Of a DNA stretch of 30,520 nt, positions 8,553 to 16,449 are shown piece after piece. A model generated the notes under the pieces. It did not search any database, was not told the origin of the DNA, and saw nothing but the letters and a program-made list of their open reading frames with translations. The DNA is from a candidate division TM6 bacterium UASB124 (GTDB lineage Bacteria; Babelota; Babeliae; Babelales; RVW-14). The first letter of the stretch is position 1, and each line of letters starts with the position of its first letter. The position numbers and the translations under genes were made by a program. The DNA is taken from contig CAMBZK010000001.1 in the NCBI GenBank assembly GCA_945872225.1, positions 1 through 30,520 of the forward strand. Reading direction: 5' to 3'.

Positions 8553-8605
8553 GTAAGAATTTTTTATAAAAGACTGGCCGTGCCAGCTGAAGCCTTAGCG
8601 AAAAC

Positions 8606-8697
8606 TGGTGGAGAGAGAGGGATTCGAACCCTCGATCCGGGTTACCCCAGATACTCGCTTAGCAGGCGAGTGCTTTCAGCCGCTCAGCCATCTCTCC
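8606..8697 (-). tRNA. tRNA-Ser(GCT)
   Basis: Reverse complement GGAGAGATGGCTGAGCGG...CTCGC-CTGCTAA-GCGAG...GTTCGAATCC...CTCTCCACCA; long variable arm. Confidence 0.96.
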
Positions 8698-8707
8698 ACA
8701 AAATATA

Positions 8708-8781
8708 TGCGCCCAAGAGGACTCGAACCTCTAACCTTCAGATCCGTAGTCTGATGCTCTATCCAATTGAGCTATGGGCGC
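8708..8781 (-). tRNA. tRNA-Arg(ACG), CCA not encoded
   Basis: Reverse complement GCGCCCATAGCTCAATTGGATAGAGCA-TCAGA-CTACGGA-TCTGA-AGGTTAGAGGTTCGAGTCCTCTTGGGCGCA. Confidence 0.96.
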
Positions 8782-8891
8782 AAATTTTTATAAAAATCTC
8801 ATATTTTTTGATGTCAAAGGTGAAGGTAGTATATGATAACTTCTGTGCTTTGTCTCGTCTTTTTATCATTTTTTTTAAAAAAGGGGCTTTT

Positions 8892-9182
8892 ATGGCTACC
8901 ACGCTCGCACTTACGGTAATTCCCCAGGCTGGCAAACAAGAGTTATTGCAGACGGCTAAGGGCATTATTACCTGTCGTCTTAAGAGCCCACCAGAAGATG
9001 GTAAAGCTAATGCAGAGCTCGTTAAATTTTTAGCTAAAAAACTGTCAATTCCTCAGGCTGACGTGCGGATTATTCAAGGGCAAACGAGTCGAAAAAAAGT
9101 TATAACAATTAGCTCTCTTGATGAACAAACAACCTTAAAACGCCTTGGCATTGAGCAGCAACAACAGCTGCTTGCCAGATAA
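8892..9182 (+). CDS. DUF167 / YggU (UPF0235) family protein
   Basis: VIPQAGKQE...CRLKSPPEDGKANAELVKFLAKKLSIP...IIQGQTSRKKVITI. True start is ATG 8892; the upstream part of the listed ORF is antisense tRNA. Confidence 0.88.
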   Translation: MATTLALTVIPQAGKQELLQTAKGIITCRLKSPPEDGKANAELVKFLAKKLSIPQADVRIIQGQTSRKKVITISSLDEQTTLKRLGIEQQQQLLAR

Positions 9183-9190
9183 GGAGCGCT

Positions 9191-10396
9191 ATGCCTTTGT
9201 ATCGCTGGCAGGGAATGAGTGTCGATGGTAAAAAATGCAAAGGGGCGCTTGAGGCTACTAGTGGGCAAATGCTCCAGGGGTTGTTGCTTGGGCAAGGCAT
9301 AGCATTAATTGCCTGGCGTGAAGCCTCTCCGGGGTGGCGGTATGTGCAATCATGGCTGTATCGATCACCATCAGCATACGAGTGCCACCAATTATTTGCT
9401 CAACTAGGGTCATTTTTGCAAGCAGGCATAGCGTTAAAGCAAGCCTTACAGACGTTGGCATCTGTCCAGCAGAATCAGATACTGCGTCGTGATTTGCACG
9501 TTATGGCAGGAGCGCTTGACCAGGGGCATTCGCTGGCAATGGTCTTGCAGGGGTATGATTACGTGCCAGCCTACGTGCAACCACTTATTCAGACAAGCGA
9601 AGAGACCGGCACGCTTGGGGCAGCACTTGATACCATTAGTGCAATGACCTTGGCTGACAGTGAGTATGAAAAAACCATGCGTAACGCGTGCCTTGGTCCC
9701 CTTATGACGATAGTGGTTGCGTTAATTATTATGGGTGTGATTACGGTTGTTTTGATGCCGCAGTTTCAACAGTTGTATGTCCAGTGCAAAGTCCAGCCAC
9801 CAGCGCTTGTTGCTCTTGGAGCGAGCATTGCGGCTTTTTTCACCCCTAAAAAATTGATAGCAGGGCTGTCTATGGCTCTTGGGTTGTTGGTGTGCCTAAA
9901 AATTATGCGAAAGCAGTTATCGTTAATACCCCTGCTGGCGGGTTTGCCTGGCTTGCGCCGAGCACTTTTTAATGCCGATATATTGCGCTGGCTTACCATA
10001 ATGCATGCTTATGCGAGCAATGGGTTGCCTATTGTTGAGGCTTGCAAGGTTATGGGGCGCAGTACTCATAATCCTGAGGCTAAAAAGCTGATACAAGATA
10101 GTATTATGGCTTTAGAGGAGGGTAGGAGGCTTAGCGATGGATTCGCGCGAATGCAGCACCATAAAGCTATGGCATTGGTTTGCCCGCTGCTCAGTATTGG
10201 CGAAGAATCTGGCGATTTGGTACCGATGCTTGTTAAGGCAAAGCAGGAGCTTGCTGGTATTATTCAGCAACAAGCTCACTTATTTACAACATTGATTGGG
10301 CCGATCTTAACTATAGTAACTGGTTTGCTTATTGGGGGGCTGCTTCTAATGCTTTACTTGCCGATCATGCAGCTTGGGTCTTTAATAAAATTTTAA
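9191..10396 (+). CDS. Type II secretion / type IV pilus platform protein (GspF/PilC family)
   Basis: MPLYRWQG...DGKK..G.LEA N-terminus, two T2SSF-type repeats (SEETGTL, GEESGDL) and a C-terminal MLYLPIMQL transmembrane segment. Confidence 0.85.
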   Translation: MPLYRWQGMSVDGKKCKGALEATSGQMLQGLLLGQGIALIAWREASPGWRYVQSWLYRSPSAYECHQLFAQLGSFLQAGIALKQALQTLASVQQNQILRRDLHVMAGALDQGHSLAMVLQGYDYVPAYVQPLIQTSEETGTLGAALDTISAMTLADSEYEKTMRNACLGPLMTIVVALIIMGVITVVLMPQFQQLYVQCKVQPPALVALGASIAAFFTPKKLIAGLSMALGLLVCLKIMRKQLSLIPLLAGLPGLRRALFNADILRWLTIMHAYASNGLPIVEACKVMGRSTHNPEAKKLIQDSIMALEEGRRLSDGFARMQHHKAMALVCPLLSIGEESGDLVPMLVKAKQELAGIIQQQAHLFTTLIGPILTIVTGLLIGGLLLMLYLPIMQLGSLIKF

Positions 10397-10405
10397 CCGT
10401 TTTCC

Positions 10406-10433
10406 TTGACCTTGTAGGGCTTTCTGTTAGCAT
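10406..10433 (+). promoter_or_regulatory. Putative sigma70 promoter of tRNA-Leu-HIT-hydrolase unit
   Basis: TTGACC (10406-10411), 16 nt, TAGCAT (10428-10433), with an extended -10 TG. Confidence 0.6.
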
Positions 10434-10456
10434 ATAGGCACGTTTATTCGTAGTGT

Positions 10457-10543
10457 GCCGAAGTGGCGAAATTGGTAGACGCACGGGACTCAAAATCCCG
10501 CGGTAGCGATACTGTGTCGGTTCGAGTCCGACCTTCGGCACCA
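10457..10543 (+). tRNA. tRNA-Leu(CAA)
   Basis: GCCGAAGTGGCGAAATTGGTAGACGCA-CGGGA-CTCAAAA-TCCCG-...GGTTCGAGTCCGACCTTCGGCACCA; long variable arm. Confidence 0.96.
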
Positions 10544-10567
10544 TTCTTAGCTAGGAAAAGAGGTTTT

Positions 10568-10918
10568 ATGGCCGCTCCATCCTGTATTTTTTGCAAGATC
10601 ATCAGACAAGAAATACCTAGCGCTATAATCAAAGAGAATCAAGCTGCAATTGCTATTAAAGACATATCGCCAAGAGCGCCAGTTCACTATCTTATTATCC
10701 CTAAAATACATATCGAATCTGTTGCTCATATGAGTGACACAGAGGCGACGGTTGCCGCTCAAATGCTTATTTTGGCTCGCGATATTGCGGCAGATGCCGG
10801 TATTGTAGGATTCAACTTGATTACCAATAATGGTGCCAGTGCCGGGCAAAGTGTGATGCATATGCATGTGCATTTTTTGGCCGGAAAAGACATTTATGAG
10901 CATGGGTTAAGCCTGTGA
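10568..10918 (+). CDS. HIT (histidine triad) nucleotide hydrolase, HinT-like
   Basis: CIFCKII, DISPRAPVHYLIIPK and AGQSVMHMHVHFLAG. Start at ATG 10568, because the listed ORF begins inside the tRNA. Confidence 0.93.
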   Translation: MAAPSCIFCKIIRQEIPSAIIKENQAAIAIKDISPRAPVHYLIIPKIHIESVAHMSDTEATVAAQMLILARDIAADAGIVGFNLITNNGASAGQSVMHMHVHFLAGKDIYEHGLSL

Positions 10919-11880
10919 CAAATCGATACCAGCTAATCAAAAAAATTATTTTATACAGTCTTGCAAGCCTGATTATCAGTGGGGCTATTGTCCTGGGCAT
11001 ATCGTATCAAGTTCTTGCTGAGCTTACGTTTGCTGGTGACCGTGTTGTTTATGGCAAGCGCTTATCAGAGCTTGCGCAAGAGGTTCGCACTGAGTTGCTC
11101 ATGCGTCATGATCTTAAGCCTGTTTCATTTGAATCAACTGATGGTGTTATGCTTTCTGGCTTTTTAATCGAGCGTAAAAACGCGAAATATAATGCTGTGC
11201 TGTGCCATGGGTACCGTAGTGTTAAAGAATTTATGTACAGTTATATTGATCTGTTTCCTGATTGGAACATTCTATTATTTGATTTTCGCTCGCATGGTAA
11301 CAGTGATGGAAAGATAACTTCTCTTGGGTATCATGAATCCAAAGATGTGATTGCTGCAGCCAACTACCTAAAAACAGTTGCTAAGCAGCGTCAATTTGCT
11401 CATCTACCTATGGTTGTTTTGGGCTTTTCGATGGGGGGCGCAGCTGCTCTTAAGGCTGCAGAGGCTGAGCCAACATTGGCTGATGCCTTGATTATAGATT
11501 CAACCTATGCGCAGCTCAACAGTACTATTTTGAAAGCTTATTCGAGTAAGACGCTCTTGCCGTTTTATCCCTTTTTTCCGGTCATTACTTGGCTGTTTAA
11601 TTATCTTGCAGCCTGTGACATTTATCAAATGAACCCTGACGAATGCGTAAGGCACATTACAAAGCCTATTCTGTTTATTCATGCCGCAACAGACACGTAT
11701 GTTGCTTCAAAGAATGTTTTGCGCTTGTACGCGAATGTGCAAAATAAGCGCTCAAAAATATGGATAGGCCCGCCATGTAGGCATGGGTTATTGCATACAT
11801 TACAGCCTGATGAGTATCAGTATAAGGTTAAAAAGTTTTTAGCTAAGGCTTTTGCAGCGCGGGAAGTGGATGAGTCATAA
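10915..11880 (+). CDS. Membrane-anchored alpha/beta hydrolase
   Basis: N-terminal TM segment, HGY oxyanion motif, FDFRSHG, the GFSMG nucleophile elbow, IHAATD and a C-terminal His. GTGA overlap with HIT. Confidence 0.85.
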   Translation: MTNRYQLIKKIILYSLASLIISGAIVLGISYQVLAELTFAGDRVVYGKRLSELAQEVRTELLMRHDLKPVSFESTDGVMLSGFLIERKNAKYNAVLCHGYRSVKEFMYSYIDLFPDWNILLFDFRSHGNSDGKITSLGYHESKDVIAAANYLKTVAKQRQFAHLPMVVLGFSMGGAAALKAAEAEPTLADALIIDSTYAQLNSTILKAYSSKTLLPFYPFFPVITWLFNYLAACDIYQMNPDECVRHITKPILFIHAATDTYVASKNVLRLYANVQNKRSKIWIGPPCRHGLLHTLQPDEYQYKVKKFLAKAFAAREVDES

Positions 11881-11894
11881 AGATATATTGAGAC

Positions 11895-11929
11895 AAAAAA
11901 AAGACGCATAGAATATGCGTCTTTTTTTT
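11895..11929. terminator. Bidirectional rho-independent terminator
   Basis: AAAAAAAAGACGCATA-gaa-TATGCGTCTTTTTTTT between convergent genes. Confidence 0.88.
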
Positions 11930-11959
11930 ACAAAAGTAGAGAGCAATCAAGCGTCTTGC

Positions 11960-12196
11960 TTATGCCTTGCTTTCTTCGCTTGGCATATCATTTTGAGCGG
12001 TTGCAGGAACTTCTTCTACAGGAGCTTCTGTTTCTGCTACAGGAGCAACGTCGGTGTTTTCTGCGACTTGTACGTTTTCTTGTACTTCAGCTGCAGCCAT
12101 GTCTTGCTCAGGCTTTGCTTCTTCAGCTCCGCCACAGGCGCTCAAAAGAGTCAACGCAGCAACAGCAGCAAGATTAAGGAACATATTTTTTTGCAT
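11960..12196 (-). CDS. Small acidic, low-complexity lipoprotein
   Basis: MQKNMFLNLAAVAALTLLSA-C lipobox, GGAG RBS before ATG 12196, and an E/A/P/V-rich tail. Confidence 0.75.
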   Translation of the reverse strand: MQKNMFLNLAAVAALTLLSACGGAEEAKPEQDMAAAEVQENVQVAENTDVAPVAETEAPVEEVPATAQNDMPSEESKA

Positions 12197-12295
12197 GATA
12201 TGGATCTCCAATAGGAAATAAGATAATAAATATACATTTTGAAGAATACCAGCATACTACCGCAAGACACTGAAAAAGGGAATAAAAAAAACTTT

Positions 12296-14116
12296 TTACT
12301 CTTTATTTGCTGCCAGTGGCACGTTTTTAGGACGGTCTTGGTGTTGTGGGAGGTGGCATACAAATGTTGCGCCTTGCGTTGTAGGATCAAGAATTATTGA
12401 GCCACCAAGCTGCTTGAAGATTTGGTGTACAATAGCCAAGCCAAGCCCAAGATTTTTTTTATCGGTTGAGACGTAGGGCAAAAACAACGTCTCTCTTAAA
12501 TGTTTTGGGATCCCTGGTCCTGTGTCTGCATAGGTTATGGTAACGACGTTAGTTTGCTCATTTATGCCAAGGGTTACTGTTATCATCTGAATATTACTTT
12601 TGCTGTGCTGAAAAGCTCGTATGCTGTTATCAAGTAAGTTAATGAGTACAAGCTTTATTTTGGCTGCATCGGTGTACACGACAGGCAGCATAGAATTCTC
12701 AATAATAGTAAAAGTGATTGCTGGGTAGCTTGCGCGGTATAGTTTAAATACATCGCTAATAATGTGAGCTATGTGGTGAGGCGCAATGTGTACTGGGGGT
12801 AAAGATGCAAACTGCACGAAGTAATGAATCAATGTTTTTATCGTAGCAACTTGGTCAATAATAGTGTTTGTGCAGTCTTCAAAAAGTGGCTCTCCTTCGA
12901 GTTGCTTACTAAATTTACGTTGCAGTCGTTCTGTTGCCAGCTGAATTGGGGTCAGCGGGTTCTTAATTTCATGTGCAACTTGCTTGGCTGCTTCCTGCCA
13001 AATTTTTACTTTTTGCTCTTGCTCAATGCGCTGCTGCGCGATCATGAGTGCTTGTGTCATCTGGTTAAAAGCTTCTGCCAAAACCTGCAAATCGCTTTGC
13101 GGCAGTACCGGTACCGTAACACCAACCTCGCCATTTTGCAGTCGTTTTGTTGCCTCAAGTAGTTGAGCCAATGGTTTTGTTATCCCACGAGCTAGGTAAA
13201 AAGCTGCCCACAGTGATAAAAAAATAATAAGCAAGACCAGTAAGGCAAAAGAAAAAACATAAGAAAGCTGGATAGATCCTCGTAGTTGTCGCAGCATGGT
13301 GTAGTCATAGTGGGCGCTTTCGCTACTGATCAATGCGCTACGAATATTGGCTGGATAACGGTAAGCTAAGAGCACCCACCCATGAGGCGTTTGTTTTACC
13401 CAATAGAGTGATCCAAAAAAATCAAAAGCGCTGCCGCCGCGATGTTGGTGTAAGAGCTGTATAAACCGTTTACGTAAACTTTTGGTTGTGCGGTCATTAA
13501 GCTTTCTAAAGGCACGCCATAAGCTAGCTTCTTGTGCAAGTTGCGGCATCTTATTTTCTAGGATTAAAAAATCATAGAGCGTAACGTGTGCATTACGCGC
13601 AATACTGGCCCTGGTTTCTTCGGGATGAGTTTTGGATAGCATTGCAGCAAGCGTTTTTCCGGTTGCGGCAAGCTGCTCGCGTAGTTGCTTGGTATGCTCG
13701 CTATGGAGCTTGTTTGTATCAAAAAATACATTATCGAGACGTACTTGAAACCACTGGTTGATACTTTTGATAATGACCATCCCTGCCACACCCATGGTAA
13801 ATGTAGCTGGTAGGACTGAAAAAAGCATAAAGCTCAGCACCAAATTACGTGTAAAAATACTACCAGCTACACCGTTACGGCGCTCCATAAAGAGCTTTAT
13901 AGCGTGTCGTATGATCAAAAAAAGTAAAAGCCCCATGATCAATACGTGGGTATTGATCAGTAGAAAAAGAAAAACGCGGTTAATGCCACCGCCGATGAGA
14001 TGGTGCTTTTTTTGCACCAAAAACTCTGCCCATGAGGCTGTTGCAATGGTGATTGTACCGGCGATAATCCAGCTTAAGCGTTGTATGGTTTTATTCATGC
14101 ACACAGTCTGCACCAT
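12296..14116 (-). CDS. NtrY-like membrane sensor histidine kinase (TM-HAMP-HisKA-HATPase)
   Basis: HAMP (ARGITKPLAQL...LAEAFNQMT), H-box QVAHEIKNPLTPIQL, N-box NLLDNS, DTGPGI and GLGLAIV. The start could be 14098. Confidence 0.88.
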   Translation of the reverse strand: MVQTVCMNKTIQRLSWIIAGTITIATASWAEFLVQKKHHLIGGGINRVFLFLLINTHVLIMGLLLFLIIRHAIKLFMERRNGVAGSIFTRNLVLSFMLFSVLPATFTMGVAGMVIIKSINQWFQVRLDNVFFDTNKLHSEHTKQLREQLAATGKTLAAMLSKTHPEETRASIARNAHVTLYDFLILENKMPQLAQEASLWRAFRKLNDRTTKSLRKRFIQLLHQHRGGSAFDFFGSLYWVKQTPHGWVLLAYRYPANIRSALISSESAHYDYTMLRQLRGSIQLSYVFSFALLVLLIIFLSLWAAFYLARGITKPLAQLLEATKRLQNGEVGVTVPVLPQSDLQVLAEAFNQMTQALMIAQQRIEQEQKVKIWQEAAKQVAHEIKNPLTPIQLATERLQRKFSKQLEGEPLFEDCTNTIIDQVATIKTLIHYFVQFASLPPVHIAPHHIAHIISDVFKLYRASYPAITFTIIENSMLPVVYTDAAKIKLVLINLLDNSIRAFQHSKSNIQMITVTLGINEQTNVVTITYADTGPGIPKHLRETLFLPYVSTDKKNLGLGLAIVHQIFKQLGGSIILDPTTQGATFVCHLPQHQDRPKNVPLAANKE

Positions 14117-14194
14117 TTAATTACTTTGTCAATAATTCAGTCTGTATTTAAAACATGGCTTTTGCCATGTTTGCGATGGTTTTGAGGGGGGCTT

Positions 14195-14223
14195 TTGCAT
14201 CCATTTTGCAAACCTGCTAGAGT
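14195..14223 (+). promoter_or_regulatory. Putative sigma70 promoter for 14289..16415
   Basis: TTGCAT, 17 nt, TAGAGT, with an extended -10 TG. Confidence 0.5.
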
Positions 14224-14288
14224 TATTGAGCTTTAAAAAATGTTAGGGATAAAGCAAAGGCACTATGATCCTGTGGGAGGGGTTTTTC

Positions 14289-16415
14289 ATGACACTATTA
14301 AGATTAGTACTAGTTTCTTTTTTATCATGCAATCAGCTTGTCGCTGGTGTAATTGGCGTAGACCAGGCAACTAAGATGGCACAAGATTTTGTAGCGCAGG
14401 CATTGCAGAATGCTAACGCGATGCCGGCAACGCCAGCAGAAGCTCAGGTGCAACTAGTAGCAGCACTGGCAAATGATGAGGCAGCGTGGACGTTATTCCA
14501 AAATACCACGTATGCCGCTGATGAGTCATGCGAGTTTGCTTTTGGTAATGTTGCAATTCAGCTAACCTGGGGTTTTGCAGGAGCAGGCGATTGCTTGTTG
14601 CCATTGCCCGCAATGAATGTGCAGATTAAGCCGTTTGTGCCCGGACAAGAAAAGCCAAGTACGCAAGGTCTTGCGCTCTTGCTTGCACAAAAAGGTGTGA
14701 TTGCAAAAATAGAACAACAAAAAATAGTTACACAATTAATTACGGCCTGCAGCAAAAATCCATTGTGCTTGATTGGACTGAAGCTTGCGCTCTTGCTCAA
14801 AGATCACCGTGGCGATAAGGCGTATGTTCGTAATGAAATGGCTCGCTTATTGATGCGTTTGAGCTTAACAAAGTTACCTGACGCTGTTGGCAACATACCA
14901 AGTCTTACTGCTTTGTTGCCCCAATCTATATACAATGAGCTTAAAACCTATGCTCCAGAGCTTCTTGATTTTACCGATATTTGTTGGTCTGCAATGACAA
15001 GCAATAACAACAACCCGCTTGATGGTATGTACTCAGTGGAAGTGCTTGTTGCAAAAAATAGTGACTCTGCAGCACTTATTGCTAAAACTGTTGCTGGTTA
15101 CGCTGGCCAATCATTTACTACTGATATGCAAGATGAGTTGGTAAACAAAGGCTTTAAACTCCTTGATCGCAAGGTATTTGATAGCATAACTAAAACAGTG
15201 GCGCCATTTAATCATGTCTTTGCTGTCGAACACTATTCAGCTTCAAAGATTCAAAACCTACCATTGGCTGTTCGTTCTGCAATAGCTCAAGCCCCGATGC
15301 ATACGGTTGTGACCGTTGTTACTGATAATGCTCACTGGTTCCTTAATAAAACGACAACGTTGTCTGCGGTAGACACGGCTACAGCATTTACAGCAGTACT
15401 GGTGAATGGTTTGCGTCGTCTTGTTCAAGAGCGTCAAGTTTACTTTGCTTCTCATCCACAAGCAGTGGTTGCTCATAAAGAAGCTGAGAAAAAGGCTCGC
15501 AGCGAGCAAGCGCAGATTGCCAAATTTAAGGCATCGGAAATGGGAATACGTTTTGCTAAGGGCTTAGAGGCTAAAATTGAGCAGCTTAAGCAATATGCCA
15601 TGGTTTGGCCGCTAGACTATACTGAAGTTCCCCAATCTAATCAAAAAAAGAATGTCGCAACATTAGCACAGCTTCGCAAACAAGCAGATGAGTTTAAAGC
15701 AGCAAATATGCCTGTACCAACAGAGTTATTAAAAGCTATTAATGATCTAGCTGTGAGCATGGGGACTGGTATTCCAAATCAGCACAGTGCTACCCCATCC
15801 CTTGATGCAGTAGGAATAATGGCTAAGTTAGCAAAAATCTATGATGCAGGAGCGGCTATTTTGCTTGAGCAATTGGCAAAAGCAAAGAGCGACCATGAAG
15901 CATCGATTGTGCACATAGCTGATAAGTACGAAAAAATAGTAGCACGGAATGCCTTTGAGCTTAAACAAGCTGCGGCTCATGCCTATGTTAATTGGCTTAA
16001 TCAACAGGCTGTGCAACTTCGAGTAACTACTGAGCAAGTACAAACGTTAATAGATTATCGTTACCTCTATGCATGTGGCTTGTTAAATAGCACTCAAGAA
16101 GAGAAGCTTGCTGAGATGAGTAAGTTTGAATTATTGGTTGGGCATTTCCTTGCCTGTGGTTCCGCGGCTAGCTTAATTGATGCTTTGCAAAGAACTCCTA
16201 GCAGTATTGATGCGGTTACTCATGAGCTACTTGCTGGTCATGGGTGGTTCCAGACTGTGCAGTCTCATGTGCTGAATCAATTAACACTCATCATGAAGCG
16301 ATCACCTCATCTCAAAGAAAACCTTGATGTTTATCGCTACATGATTGATCTGTACATGCCTAAGCTGCGAGCTCCGTTTGATAGCATTGTTTTTGCATCA
16401 CAAGCGGTACTCTAA
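14289..16415 (+). CDS. Large secreted hypothetical protein (about 708 aa)
   Basis: Long open frame, GGAGG RBS before ATG 14289 and an N-terminal signal-like segment. No domain recognised. Confidence 0.75.
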   Translation: MTLLRLVLVSFLSCNQLVAGVIGVDQATKMAQDFVAQALQNANAMPATPAEAQVQLVAALANDEAAWTLFQNTTYAADESCEFAFGNVAIQLTWGFAGAGDCLLPLPAMNVQIKPFVPGQEKPSTQGLALLLAQKGVIAKIEQQKIVTQLITACSKNPLCLIGLKLALLLKDHRGDKAYVRNEMARLLMRLSLTKLPDAVGNIPSLTALLPQSIYNELKTYAPELLDFTDICWSAMTSNNNNPLDGMYSVEVLVAKNSDSAALIAKTVAGYAGQSFTTDMQDELVNKGFKLLDRKVFDSITKTVAPFNHVFAVEHYSASKIQNLPLAVRSAIAQAPMHTVVTVVTDNAHWFLNKTTTLSAVDTATAFTAVLVNGLRRLVQERQVYFASHPQAVVAHKEAEKKARSEQAQIAKFKASEMGIRFAKGLEAKIEQLKQYAMVWPLDYTEVPQSNQKKNVATLAQLRKQADEFKAANMPVPTELLKAINDLAVSMGTGIPNQHSATPSLDAVGIMAKLAKIYDAGAAILLEQLAKAKSDHEASIVHIADKYEKIVARNAFELKQAAAHAYVNWLNQQAVQLRVTTEQVQTLIDYRYLYACGLLNSTQEEKLAEMSKFELLVGHFLACGSAASLIDALQRTPSSIDAVTHELLAGHGWFQTVQSHVLNQLTLIMKRSPHLKENLDVYRYMIDLYMPKLRAPFDSIVFASQAVL

Positions 16416-16449
16416 ACCACACAAGCACCGGTTGTGAGGAGTGATTGGC

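Larger units (their letters stand above)
6821..8554. repeat. 94-bp perfect direct repeat (6821-6914 and 8461-8554): the whole tRNA-Ser(TGA) plus 2 nt, 1640 bp apart
   Basis: Base-by-base comparison shows the two copies are identical; the flanks diverge. Confidence 0.95.

Noticed and set aside
5886-8554. Prophage or integrative element at tRNA-Ser
   Set aside because: No integrase, transposase, replication or phage gene is present; reported only as a repeat-bounded islet.
8445-8891. N-terminal 149 aa of the listed 245-aa ORF
   Set aside because: It is the antisense reading of three tRNA genes; the real DUF167 gene starts at 8892.
10444-10632. ORF 10444..10632 (-) and the 5' extension of the HIT ORF from 10463
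   Set aside because: Both read through tRNA-Leu(CAA).
11915-12214. Plus-strand ORFs 11915..12214 and 11956..12177
   Set aside because: Shadow ORFs antisense to the low-complexity lipoprotein, crossing a terminator.
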